DNA of 64,000 nucleotides from an uncultured Gemmatimonadales bacterium (GTDB lineage: Bacteria > Gemmatimonadota > Gemmatimonadetes > Gemmatimonadales > GWC2-71-9), in NCBI GenBank assembly GCA_963842945.1, contig CAWJIM010000016.1, forward strand, positions 64,001 through 128,000, given 5' to 3'. Each line of letters opens with the position of its first letter. Positions within the stretch are counted from its first letter, which is position 1. Positions 53,749 to 64,000 of the stretch are shown one piece after another. Position numbers and translations under genes: made by a program. The notes beneath the pieces are model-generated. The model saw only the letters and a list, made by a program, of their open reading frames with translations. It was not told the DNA's origin and did not search any database.

Positions 53749-55825
53749 ATGACTCCCCCTCGCACGACTTCCGCCTCCTTGCCGCGCGGCGGCGCTGGCG
53801 GCAGCTCCCTCGCTCAGCGTGCTCAGGGCCCAGACCGGGCAACAGTCTTCCGGCGCTGGCATCGATGTCTCCGGCATGGATCGCTCGGTCAAGCCGGGAG
53901 ACGACTTCTTCGACTACGCCAACGGCACCTGGCTCAAGAACACCGAGATCCCGCCCGACAAGTCCAACTACGGCGCGGGCGCCATCCTGAACGATCAGAC
54001 CGATAAGCGGGTGGCCGATCTCATCCAGCAGGTAGCAAAGGGATCGGCACCGGCCAACTCCGAGCGGAGCAAGATCGGGCTCTACTACACCACCTTCATG
54101 GATACCGTGGCTATCGACAAGGCCGGCCTCAAGCCGCTCAAGGCCGCGCTCGATTCCATAGCCGCAATCAGGGATCGGCGTCAGCTGGCACAGTTTCTCG
54201 GCTCGACTCTGCGAGCCGACGTTGACGCGCTCAACAGCACGAACTTTTACACCGAGAACCTGCTGGGCCTCTGGGTGGCTCAGGATCTGGATGATCCGAC
54301 CCAGTACTCGCCCTTCCTGCTCCAGGGTGGCCTGGGCTTGCCCGACCGCAGCTACTACGTGGATACCTCCGCGGGGATGGGCGAGATCCGCGCCAAGTAT
54401 CAGCAACACGTCGCCGCTCTTCTGGGGCTGGCCGGCGTAGCCGACAGCGCCCGAAAGGCCGAGACGATCGTGCAGCTGGAGAACAAGATTGCCCAGGCCC
54501 ATTGGACCCGAGAGGCCTCGGGCGATGTCAGCAAGGCGAACAACCACTGGACCCGGGCGGAATTCAGCAGCAAGGCGCCGGGACTCGATTGGGGCGCCTA
54601 CTTCGCCGGAGCAGGCCTGGACCAGGCGGCTCGATTCAGCGTGTGGCAGCCCAGCGCGGTCACCGGCATATCGGCGCTCACGGCAAGCGAGCCGATCGAG
54701 ACCTGGAAGGACTATCTGACCTTCCACGCCATTCAGTCGAGGGTCGCCGTCCTTCCAGCGGCCTTTTATCGCCAGACATTCTCGTTCTTCGGTCCGGTAC
54801 TGAGCGGCGCCCAGAAGCCGCGCGACCGTTGGAAGCGGGCGGTCAGCGCCACCAACGCCGCGCTGGGCTACGCGATCGGGCGGATGTATGTAGCGCGCTA
54901 CTTCCCGCCGGCGTCCAAGGCGAGAGCGCAGGAGATGGTCAGCAATATCATCGCCGCGTTCCGCGACCGGATCGACAGCCTCGACTGGATGGCGCCCGCC
55001 ACCAAGCAGGAAGCGAAGGCCAAGCTCACGGTCCTCAAGGTCGGCGTCGGTTACCCCGACAAGTGGCCGAGCTACTCCGGTCTGCAGATCGTCAAGGGAG
55101 ACGCTTACGGCAACCTCGAGCGGGCCCGGTTGTACGAGTACCGCCGCTCGCTGGAGAAGCTGGGCAAGCCGGTGGACCGGGACGAGTGGGTGATGACGCC
55201 GCAGACGGTCAACGCGGTGAACCTGCCCGCCATGAATGGACTCAACTTTCCCGCCGCCATCCTGCAGCCGCCGTTCTTCGATGCCAAACGCCCGGTGGCC
55301 ATGGATTACGGGGCGATCGGCTCGGTGATCGGCCACGAGGTGAGTCACAGCTTCGACAACCAGGGCGCGCTGTTCGATTCCAAGGGACGCTTGCACAACT
55401 GGTGGACGGCGGAGGACTTCAAGCATTTTCAGGCTTCATCGCAACAACTGGTGGCTCAGTACAATCAGTACCGTCCTTTCCCCGACCTCGCGGTCAACGG
55501 CCAGCAGACTCTGGGAGAGAACATTGCCGACGTGGCCGGCCTGGCCGCCGCGTATGACGCCTTTCATCGCTCGCTCAAGGGCAAGCCCGCACCCGCGGTG
55601 CAGAAGTTCACCGGCGACCAGCAGTTCTTCATCAGCTTTGCCCAGGCTTGGCGGGGGAAGGCCAGAGAGCCGGCGCTGCGCAACCAGATCCTGACCGATG
55701 GCCACGCTCCGGCCAGGTACCGGGCCAGCACCGTGCGCAATTTGGATCAGTGGTATCAGGCCTTTGACCTAAAGCCGGGGGAGAAGCTGTACCTGGCGGA
55801 GAAGGACCGTGTAAGGGTCTGGTAA
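53749..55825 (+). CDS. M13 family metallopeptidase (PepO/neprilysin-like); indel in the signal region
   Basis: PGDDFFDYANG.W, VNA, HEVSHSFD, GENIADVAG and DGHAP. Confidence 0.93.
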
Positions 55826-55992
55826 GCGGGGAGGCTGGAAAGCGGGGAGGCGGGGAGGATCAGCTGAGCGGCAGCTGCGAAATTCGTGGGTACCACCTAC
55901 ACCTGGAAGTTTTGCCGTTAGGCAGGCGCCCTACCGCATCCGGGGCATCCCGCCGTATCCTTCTGGGGTGCCCCCGCAGCAACGAGGCCGGT

Positions 55993-56367
55993 ATGCCCGC
56001 CAAGTATCTTGCGCTCCTTTTGCTCCTCCCCCTGGCCCCAGCCTGTGAGAGCTCCAGCGCGCCAGCTGAGGACGAGTTCACTATTCAGACCACCGGAGAA
56101 GAGATCGTCCTGAGCAACGCCGCCGACAAACCCACGTTCTACTTCATCGTGGAGCGGCAGACGGCGGCGTTGCTCGACTTTGCCACCTGCGTTCAGGGCC
56201 GCGACTGCAAGAGCGTCGCCCCGGGGAAGACGGTTCGAATTCCTTACCGCCAAATCGCCGGGTACAAGCCCGAGCGCAAGGAAGCCATTGTGTACTGGTG
56301 GAGGACTGTGCTCGCCGCTACCGGTCCTCGGGTGGACAAGCTGCGGAGCCAGGTGGTGGAGCTATAG
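55993..56367 (+). CDS. Hypothetical lipoprotein
   Basis: Signal peptide with LAPA-C; GAGG RBS. Confidence 0.7.
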   Translation: MPAKYLALLLLLPLAPACESSSAPAEDEFTIQTTGEEIVLSNAADKPTFYFIVERQTAALLDFATCVQGRDCKSVAPGKTVRIPYRQIAGYKPERKEAIVYWWRTVLAATGPRVDKLRSQVVEL

Positions 56368-56488
56368 TGAAAATGATGAGAGTGCCTCAGCCGGAGCCGC
56401 ACCCACAGCCGTATCCCAACCCGACCAACCCGTCTCGTCGGCCGGAGCCGCCACCCCGTCCGGAGCCTCAGCCCGACGGCGAGCCGGA

Positions 56489-57082
56489 CTAACCGATCTG
56501 GTCCCCCGCGCTCTCGCTGTCGTCGAGGTGAAGCTCGTGCCGGGCGGTCCGATGGATGATGAACACGATCACTGCGCCCACCAGGAGCACACCCAGCAAC
56601 CAGAGCTCCACCCGTTTCACCTTCCCCAGTATCGCGATGGCACTCCCACTCACGAGGTAACCGAGTCCGGTAAACACCAGCGTGCCCATAGTACAGCCGA
56701 TAGCGTCGATCAGCAGAAACCGGCCGACGCGAAGACCATGCAGTCCCCAGAACAGCATGCTGGCCGCCTTCGTGCCGTAGACGAAGCGTGCCGCCAGCAG
56801 TTCCCACGGGCCTAATCGGTAAGCCAGTCGCTCGATGGTGGGACCTACTCGGCGATACAGCTTTCCCTGCCGGAATCTCGGCCCGCGCAGCCGGCCAAAC
56901 CCGAACCAGATCGAGTCACCCACAAGGCTCCCCAGCACGCCCGCGGCTATGGCGTGAGGAAATGGGAAAATGCCGAGGTGGGATACAACGCCCGCCAGGA
57001 TCAGACTGAAGTCCCCTTCGAACGCCGCTCCCAGTACTACCGCCAGCAATCCGTAGCGGATCAGCAGCTCCTGCAGGTGCAT
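56489..57082 (-). CDS. DedA family membrane protein
   Basis: FEGD, GD.IWF..GR..G and ARFVYG. Confidence 0.88.
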   Translation of the reverse strand: MHLQELLIRYGLLAVVLGAAFEGDFSLILAGVVSHLGIFPFPHAIAAGVLGSLVGDSIWFGFGRLRGPRFRQGKLYRRVGPTIERLAYRLGPWELLAARFVYGTKAASMLFWGLHGLRVGRFLLIDAIGCTMGTLVFTGLGYLVSGSAIAILGKVKRVELWLLGVLLVGAVIVFIIHRTARHELHLDDSESAGDQIG

Positions 57083-57086
57083 CGGA

Positions 57087-58781
57087 TCAGGCGCTGCTTT
57101 GAGGGGTTGGGGACGGCTGCTCCGGGGACAGGCCCAAGTGCTTTCGGGCCAGCGCCAGCGCGTCGTCGATGTTGGCGCACAGAAACTCCTCGCCGATCTC
57201 GTCCAGCAGCTCCGACCGGCCCAACGCGATGAGGGGCTGAGCATGAACGTCGGACAGCAGCACCAGGGTGCCATCCTTCCGAGTGCGCCGCACTAGATCT
57301 CTCAGCGCATGCATTGCAGTGGAATCGATGGCCGGCACGTTTCGCATGCGGACAATGAGGACCTTGGGCTTCTTGGAGACCTCCGAGAGAGTGTCCTTGA
57401 ACTTCTCCGCGGCCCCGAAGAAAAACGGGCCGTTGATCTCGTACACCTCGACGCCCTTGGGGACCTGCCGGCGATAGATGGCTCCGGAGACATCCCGGCT
57501 GGTCTTCGGGTCCTGGAACTCCTGGGACACCATGGTGACGTTGGTGACCTCCGCCATCCGTTTCATGAACAGGAAGGACGCCAGCACCATCCCTACCCCG
57601 ATGCCGGTGGTCAGGTCCACCAGTACGGTGAGGAGAAAGGTGGTTAGCATCACGATGGCATCACTCTTGGGTGCGCTGAGCTCGCTCTTGAAGACCTGCC
57701 ACTCCGCCATCCGGTAAGCCACCCAGAGCACGATCGCCGCGAGGGTCGCCAGCGGGATCAGTCCGGCGAGCCGGCCGAAGAACAGGGTAACGATCAGGAG
57801 CGTAAGCGCGTGAACGATGCCGGCCACCGGCGTGCGCCCGCCGCTCTTCACGTTTGTGGCGGTTCGGGCGATCGCGCCGGTGGCGGGGATTCCCCCGAAG
57901 AGCGGGGTCACCACGTTGGCCACTCCCTGGGCCACCAGCTCCATGTTCGAGCGGTGGCGCCCGCCGATCATGCCGTCCGCCACGACGGCCGAGAGGAGCG
58001 ACTCCACCGCGCCCAGCGCCGCGATCGCCAGAGCGGGCACCACCAGCTGACGCCCTTCGGCCAGTGAAACGCTCGGCAGCGAGATCCGGGGAAACCCGGC
58101 GCTGATCTCCCCAAATCGAGTTCCGATAGTCTCCACCGGAAGATGCAGCAGATGGCTCAGGACGGTCGTCAGGATCAGCGCCACGAAGGGCGCCGGCACT
58201 CGGTGGCTCACCCGGGGCCAGAACCGGAGTACCAGGAGCGTAACGAGAGAGATCCCGACCGCATAGGCATTCACCGTCCGGATGCTGGAAAGGTAGAGGC
58301 CCAGCCGCTCGATGACTTCCGGGGGCGCTGACGTCATCCGCACCCCCAGCACGTCCCGCAGCTGCTGAACGATGAGAATGACGCCGATGCCGGAGGTGAA
58401 GCCGGTGACCACCGGAAAGGGGATGAACTTGATGGCCGCTCCCAGACGGGCCAGCCCGAACCCGATGAGGATCAGCCCGGCGAAGATGGTAGCCACCGTG
58501 AGTCCGTCCAGGCCGTATCTTTGGACGATGCCGTAAACCACCACCACGAAAGCTCCGGTGGGTCCGCCGATCTGCACCCGCGATCCGCCCAGCGCCGAGA
58601 TCAGAAAGCCAGCGATCACGGCGGTGTAGAGGCCGCGCTCGGGGGTCACTCCGCTGGCGATGGCAAAGGCTATCGCCAGAGGCAGCGCCACTATCCCGAC
58701 GATCACCCCCGCAGTGAGGTCGGCCAGGAACTGGGCCCGGGTGTAGGTTTGGAGGGTGGTGACGAGCTTAGGAAGGAGCAA
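57087..58781 (-). CDS. SulP/SLC26 anion transporter with STAS domain
   Basis: ADLTAGVIVGIVALPLAIAFAIASG, GGPTGAF, TGAIARTA and STAS. Confidence 0.95.
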   Translation of the reverse strand: MLLPKLVTTLQTYTRAQFLADLTAGVIVGIVALPLAIAFAIASGVTPERGLYTAVIAGFLISALGGSRVQIGGPTGAFVVVVYGIVQRYGLDGLTVATIFAGLILIGFGLARLGAAIKFIPFPVVTGFTSGIGVILIVQQLRDVLGVRMTSAPPEVIERLGLYLSSIRTVNAYAVGISLVTLLVLRFWPRVSHRVPAPFVALILTTVLSHLLHLPVETIGTRFGEISAGFPRISLPSVSLAEGRQLVVPALAIAALGAVESLLSAVVADGMIGGRHRSNMELVAQGVANVVTPLFGGIPATGAIARTATNVKSGGRTPVAGIVHALTLLIVTLFFGRLAGLIPLATLAAIVLWVAYRMAEWQVFKSELSAPKSDAIVMLTTFLLTVLVDLTTGIGVGMVLASFLFMKRMAEVTNVTMVSQEFQDPKTSRDVSGAIYRRQVPKGVEVYEINGPFFFGAAEKFKDTLSEVSKKPKVLIVRMRNVPAIDSTAMHALRDLVRRTRKDGTLVLLSDVHAQPLIALGRSELLDEIGEEFLCANIDDALALARKHLGLSPEQPSPTPQSSA

Positions 58782-58823
58782 GTCAGCGGGGTCGGGTGAT
58801 AAGCTGGTACCAGAGTGGTCGGT

Positions 58824-60155
58824 TCACAGCAGCAGCGTCCCTGCCAGACCCAGCAACAGGAGGAACCCGCATACATCGGTGAACGTGGTCACGAAGATCG
58901 AGGAGGCCACGGCGGGATCGGCACCGAGGCGCTCAAGCAGGATGGGGATGAACGCGCCGGCAAAGCCGGCCACCATCAGGTTTCCGCTCATGGCCAGGAA
59001 GACCACTACACCGAGCTTGGGCCCTTCGCCGACCAGTGCAGCGACGGTTCCCACGGCGAGACCCATGACAATCCCGTTGGTGACACCGACCAGGATCTCC
59101 TTGCCTACCACCCGTGCGAACAGGTGCACCGGAATCAGACCCAAGGCCAGCCGGCGAACGGTGACGGCGAGCGCCTGAGTACCCGCATTCCCGCCCATTC
59201 CAGCGATGATCGGCATCCAAATCGCGAGTGCAACGGTGTGCTGGATGGTGTGCTGGAACAGGTACACCACGCCGCCGGCCAGGAACGCGGTCAGCAGATT
59301 CACCGACAGCCAGGGCAACCGGCTTCGCACCGCCGTCTCCCAGCCTGCGCCGAGATCCTCGTCGGCGGACACACCGCCGAAACGGAGCATGTCTTCCGTA
59401 GTTTCCGCTTCGACCACGTCAATGACATCGTCGAAGGTGACCCGTCCGAGCAGCTGCCGCTGCTCGTTCACCACGGGGATGCTCGGCAGGTTGTATCGCG
59501 CCATCAACCGAGCCACCTCTTCCTGGTCCAGCTCGGGGGTGACGAAGATGTCGGCGTCTTCCATGAAAGACCGGACCGGCCGGTCGGGCCGGCTGATCAC
59601 CAGGTCTTTGAACGGCAGGATTCCGACCAGCCTCCGGTCGGCGTCGACCACGAACACCTGGTAGAAGTCCTCGACTTCTTCGGACTGGCGACGGATCTCC
59701 TCCAGAGCCTCCCCCGCGGTCGCCGTGACCGGAACGGTGACCATGTGGGTGGTCATCAATCCACCCGCGCTCTCCTCGTCGTAGCGAAGGAGCTGTTCTA
59801 CCTCGGAGCGGTCTTCGACCGCAGCGAGGATCTGCTCCTGCCGGGAGGGATCGAGGTTTCCCAGGATGTCGGCCGCGTCATCGTCATCGAGCTCGTCGAC
59901 GATCTCCGCGGCAAGATCCGGATCGAGGGCCGCCAGCGTTTCGCCCGCGTGGGCCTCTTCCGGCATCTCGGCCAGGGCTTGGCTGGAGAGCTCGGGCGGC
60001 AGCGCCTGCACCGCCGAAACCCGCTGTTTCACGTCCAGAGCGGTGAGGACTTCTGCCAGGTCGGCCGGCTCGAAATCATGGGCGCGGCGGGTAAACAGGC
60101 CAAGCTCACCCTTCCGGACCAGGTCCACCATCCGGTCGAGGAGCTTTCGCATCAT
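58824..60155 (-). CDS. mgtE: Magnesium transporter MgtE
   Basis: [11 protein letters not shown] pair, [14 protein letters not shown] and DPAVAS..VTT.TD. Confidence 0.95.
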   Translation of the reverse strand: MMRKLLDRMVDLVRKGELGLFTRRAHDFEPADLAEVLTALDVKQRVSAVQALPPELSSQALAEMPEEAHAGETLAALDPDLAAEIVDELDDDDAADILGNLDPSRQEQILAAVEDRSEVEQLLRYDEESAGGLMTTHMVTVPVTATAGEALEEIRRQSEEVEDFYQVFVVDADRRLVGILPFKDLVISRPDRPVRSFMEDADIFVTPELDQEEVARLMARYNLPSIPVVNEQRQLLGRVTFDDVIDVVEAETTEDMLRFGGVSADEDLGAGWETAVRSRLPWLSVNLLTAFLAGGVVYLFQHTIQHTVALAIWMPIIAGMGGNAGTQALAVTVRRLALGLIPVHLFARVVGKEILVGVTNGIVMGLAVGTVAALVGEGPKLGVVVFLAMSGNLMVAGFAGAFIPILLERLGADPAVASSIFVTTFTDVCGFLLLLGLAGTLLL

Positions 60156-60159
60156 GGCG

Positions 60160-61342
60160 CGGGTGTGAGAGGAGTGGGCGGTAGCTGGTCCGGAGCGGAT
60201 CAGCAGCCGCTCGATCCGGGTAGGTGAGGCCTGTACGACATCAAACTCCAGTCCCTGTACCAGGAACCGTTCGCCGGCATTGGGGATTCGCCCGGCCCAC
60301 TCGACCAGCAAGCCTCCCACGGTCGTGGAGCGTCCCGAGGGAAGCGACACCCCGAACCGCTCCTCAATGGCCTGGGTGGAGACGTTCCCATCGGTCTCGA
60401 ACAACGTGGGCACTGGCGAGAGCGTCGATGCGACCTCTTCGTCGTGCTCGTCGAAGATCTCGCCCACCAGCTCCTCGAGCAGATCTTCCAGCGTCGCGAT
60501 GCCGAGGGTTCCGCCAAACTCATCGAGCACCACCGAGAGGTGGCGCCGCTCCCGCTGCATGTCGAGAAGGAGGTCGCCGCAGCTCCGGCTGGCCGGGGTC
60601 ATCGCAACAGGGCGGACCGGCAGCGGATCGCCCGGCCTCGAGCTTGAACAGGTCGAAGGCGTGCAGCATCCCGATGATGTCATCCAGCGTTCTCCGGATC
60701 ACCGGGATTCGGCTGTAGCCGCTGCCGGCAAAGACCAGCCGGATCTCCTCCAGCGGAGCATTCTCCTCGATGGCGACGATGTCGGTGCGTGGCGTCATCA
60801 CTTCACGGACGGGCCGGGAGGTGAACGCCATCACCCCGCCGACCATCATCAGCTCGTCGTCGCCCTGACCGCCGACCGCCGCTCCCTCCCGCCAGATCGA
60901 TCGAAGATCGGTGGGCCGGGTTGCGGTTCGGGCCGGCAGCAGGAGGCCCAGCGCCCTGGACCACGGCCGCAGGATGGGCGTGACCCGGGCCGCCACACTC
61001 TCGGCCCGCGGGCTGGGTCAACCAGCGGGGCACCAGATAGGCGGCAAAGAGGACCAGCGGCACCGCAACCAGCACCAGCGCCACGAGCGACCTGGGAGCA
61101 CTGCCCGCCAGCAGGCCGGGCACGGAGGCGCCGAGCAGCAGAACCCCGAGCGACGTTGTGGCCGAGGCGGCGGTTAGGTAGCGGTCGATTTGCGCCAGTC
61201 CGGCCAGCGAGGCCGCGGCCCCCCGCAGTCTCCGGCCAACCGCCCGCGTGAGCTCGGCCCGGCTTACGGTGATAAGCGCTGACCCCGCCGTGGCGCCGAA
61301 GACGGTGAGCACAACGCCGAGAGCGACCGCGAGCCAGATCAT
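60160..61342 (-). CDS. Hemolysin/CNNM-CBS-CorC family protein; frameshifted, stop lost
   Basis: [32 protein letters not shown] and CorC_HlyC domain. Confidence 0.85.
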
Positions 61343-62532
61343 CGAGCCGCGCGCTCCTGCTCGACGGGAACGTCGACCGGAGTGCGGTACACTCCGATCC
61401 GTCTCACCCGCCGGCGCACCACATGCTCCACCACCAGCCGGAAGCCTTCGACATCGATGGACTCGCCCGACCTCGGTACCCGTCCAAACTCCGCCAGAAC
61501 CAGGCCGCCCACGGTACTGACGTCGTCCCGGTCGAAGCTGTGTCCCAGCGCCGCTTCAAGCTCGGACAAGGCCACGCCGCCTTCGACTCGCCACTGATCT
61601 TCGCTGACCACCTGAATGGGGGCGACCTCGTCGGTATCGTACTCGTCCTGGATCTCTCCGACGATCTGCTCCAGGATGTCTTCCAGGGTGACGATTCCAG
61701 CGGTACCGCCGAACTCATCCACGACCACCGCCAGATGGCTGGGGCCCCGCTGAAAGTCACGCACCTGCCGGTCGAGCGTCTTCCCCTCGGGCACGAACGC
61801 CGCCGGACGGATCAAGGCGTGCCAGGGCCGGGGATCGTCCTGGCCGATCGCCAGAATGTCCTTGGCATAGATGACGCCGATTACGGCATCCGGATTGCCG
61901 TCGTAGACCAACAGACGGGCGTGCTCCGAGCTTCGGAGCGTCTTGATGACCTCGTCCGGCTCGGCCGAGAGGTCTACCGAAACGATATCCATCCGCGGCG
62001 TCATCACCTCGGCGACCGTGGTATCTGCCAGGGAGAATACCCCAAGCAGCATGTCGCGTTGGGCCTCTCCCGATTGCCGGCTGATATTGGCCGGCGCTCG
62101 GGCGCGGGCCCGGGCATCGGCCCATGCGGCCAGCCGGAGCAAGGGACGGAACGGCACGAGGGTCGGGATTGCGGCCCGGCGGACCGGCACCGTGATGTCA
62201 GGAGCGACGGCCGCAAGCAACCGGGGCACCAGGTCGCCCAGGACCCAGACCAGCAGTACCGCCAGGAACAGCCGCACGAGACCGAGCGCAGGCGACCAGG
62301 CCCACCAGGCAACGGCACCCCCGGCCGCAGCGCCGGCCAGCATGAGCAAGGCAAGGTGGGCGATGTGAAGGTTGCGCGACACCGTGCCCGCTCCGCTGTC
62401 GCTGCCGATCTGACCGCTCAAGGCACGGGGCAGATCGGCGTCCGATTCGGCGGCGAGCGCCAGCCAGGCCGCCCAGAGGGTGAGCAGGGCCGCGAGCAGA
62501 GGCGCGATGAACAGCTGCAGCATCGCGATCAT
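61339..62532 (-). CDS. Hemolysin/CNNM-CBS-CorC family protein
   Basis: VAEVMTPRMD and VVDEFGGTAGIVTLEDILEQIVGEIQDEYD. Confidence 0.9.
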   Translation of the reverse strand: MIAMLQLFIAPLLAALLTLWAAWLALAAESDADLPRALSGQIGSDSGAGTVSRNLHIAHLALLMLAGAAAGGAVAWWAWSPALGLVRLFLAVLLVWVLGDLVPRLLAAVAPDITVPVRRAAIPTLVPFRPLLRLAAWADARARARAPANISRQSGEAQRDMLLGVFSLADTTVAEVMTPRMDIVSVDLSAEPDEVIKTLRSSEHARLLVYDGNPDAVIGVIYAKDILAIGQDDPRPWHALIRPAAFVPEGKTLDRQVRDFQRGPSHLAVVVDEFGGTAGIVTLEDILEQIVGEIQDEYDTDEVAPIQVVSEDQWRVEGGVALSELEAALGHSFDRDDVSTVGGLVLAEFGRVPRSGESIDVEGFRLVVEHVVRRRVRRIGVYRTPVDVPVEQERAAR

Positions 62533-62944
62533 GCCAGTGCCTCGACGTAGCGCTCCTGCCGGCGCCACATGGTGGAGCGGGTGCGCTCCGGACCTTCGGG
62601 GTGGTCCCGGCCGAGCGCGTGCAGCGTGCCGTGAACGATCAGCCGGATCAACTCTTCCCGAAACGAGATGCCTCGGGCCCGGGCTTCCTGCCGGGCCACC
62701 CAGGGGCAGATGTACACGTCTCCCACGATTCGGCCCGCGGGACCGGTCAACGCGAAGGTGAGCACATCGGTAGGGCGGTCGTGTCCCTTATGCTCGGCAT
62801 TGAGCCGGCGCATGGAGTCGCGGCCAAGGAACGTAACGGAGATCAGGGCGTTGCGGCGCTCCCGGCGAAGCACGGTCTGGACCACCCGCTGACCAGCGGA
62901 CGGGAGATCGGCAAGCGGCGTCCGCTCACCGCGACTTCACTCAC
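62529..62944 (-). CDS. ybeY: rRNA maturation RNase YbeY; indel near the start
   Basis: LN...GHDRPTDVLTF and HGTLHALGRDH. Confidence 0.93.
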
Positions 62945-64000
62945 GCTCGGCCGGCTGGAATTCCGGGGTGACACTGCCACTGGGCCGAGGATAGCCGATG
63001 CGCTTGTGGTAGGTGCCCGACATGACCCGGGCGAACTCGCGCTTGATCCGATCCAGATCGCGCAGGGTCAGCGGCGCATCATCCAGCTGACCCGAGCCCA
63101 TCTTCTGTTGAACCAGATGTTCGATGGCGCTGCGCACCGCTTCGGGTGTCGGGTTACCCAGCACCCGCACGGCTGCTTCGGCCGAATCGGCCAGCATGGC
63201 CACCGCCGTCTCGGCGGACTGCGGGCGCGGTCCCGGATAGCGGAAGTCAGCAGGATTTATCCGGCCTTCGGGATCGTTGCCTCGAGCCCGGCTCAGGAAG
63301 TAGGTGATGTACGTCGTTCCATGGTGTTCCGGAATGAAGGCCTTCACCACCTCCGGCAGCGCGGCAGCCTCAGCCAGCGCCAGTCCATCGAGCACGTGAC
63401 TCCGAATGAGTTTGGCCGACTCCAGCGGGGTCATCTGGTCATGCGGATTGGGCGCGGTGCCCTGGTTCTCCATGAAGTGGCCGGGGCTGGCCAGCTTGCC
63501 GATGTCGTGATAGTAGCAGCCGACGCGCGCGAGAAGTCCGTTTGCACCGATGATGTTGCAGGCCGATTCACAGAGGCTCGCCATGGCCAGACTGTGGGCC
63601 CAGGTGCCCGGGGCCTCGAGAGCCAGGCGCCGAAGCAGCGGTCGTCCCAGATCGGACAGCTCGACCAAGGTGAGGTCGGTGGTGATCCTGGTAGCCGACT
63701 CGGCCAGCGGCATTACGATCATGGCCAATGCGGCGCTGGCCAGCGCGATCACCAGGTCGAGCAGGCAGCTGCCCACAATGGTGCTGGTGGCCCAACCTTG
63801 TTCCAGCCCAACGGCAATGGTGGCGAGTATGCCCGCTCCAGCCACCACGCCGATGGTCAGGTAGAGATGCCGCCGGCGACGCACTACCCGAATACCCACC
63901 GCTCCGGCGACGCCGCTCACCAGGCCAAAGAACAGGACATAACTCTCCCGCAGGGCCCACTGGCCATCGAGCAGAATGGCGAGAGTCACGGCCGCGAACA
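62937..64000 (-). CDS. 7TM-HD phosphodiesterase (PgpH/YqfF-like), 5' part outside the window
   Basis: TM helices followed by APGT..HS, YYHDIGK, EHHGT, FRYPGPRPQ and MLADSAEAA. Confidence 0.9.
   Translation of the reverse strand, partial: FAAVTLAILLDGQWALRESYVLFFGLVSGVAGAVGIRVVRRRRHLYLTIGVVAGAGILATIAVGLEQGWATSTIVGSCLLDLVIALASAALAMIVMPLAESATRITTDLTLVELSDLGRPLLRRLALEAPGTWAHSLAMASLCESACNIIGANGLLARVGCYYHDIGKLASPGHFMENQGTAPNPHDQMTPLESAKLIRSHVLDGLALAEAAALPEVVKAFIPEHHGTTYITYFLSRARGNDPEGRINPADFRYPGPRPQSAETAVAMLADSAEAAVRVLGNPTPEAVRSAIEHLVQQKMGSGQLDDAPLTLRDLDRIKREFARVMSGTYHKRIGYPRPSGSVTPEFQPAERE

Noticed and set aside
58824..60683. CorC-MgtE fusion ORF
   Set aside because: Most likely a lost stop codon; both halves look like standard separate proteins

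Overview
GC-rich bacterial chromosome segment. Gene content (Hanks kinase with PD40 repeats, HAF and Kelch lipoproteins, short-period intergenic repeats) suggests Gemmatimonadota, but that is inference. About 20 genes carry single-base frameshifts, including rplU, so these are probably long-read indel errors. Layout: (1) 1-11.7 kb accessory region with Kelch lipoprotein paralogs, a stress locus (treT, P1B-5-type ATPase, orphan OmpR-family regulator, DUF2892, USP, Acg nitroreductase) and a decayed ~3.1 kb island at tRNA-Leu(CAA) with a 48-bp att repeat and an integrase remnant. (2) 11.9-35.7 kb mostly minus-strand core genes: nfeD-floA, rplU-rpmA, Rne/Rng, recQ, and a B12-dependent acyl-CoA mutase/AtuA/carboxyltransferase operon that also holds a TPPII-like protease and an eRF1-like protein. 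(3) 35.8-56.5 kb a string of small accessory genes and peptidases. (4) 56.5-64 kb HD-PDE/ybeY/corC/mgtE/sulP/dedA cluster. Most notable: one promoter architecture (three TTCRY-like pentamers at 11-bp period plus a -10 box) recurs six times in the first 10 kb, including at the orphan regulator's own gene. There are also two candidate structured RNAs, and the mutase carries isobutyryl-CoA mutase specificity residues.
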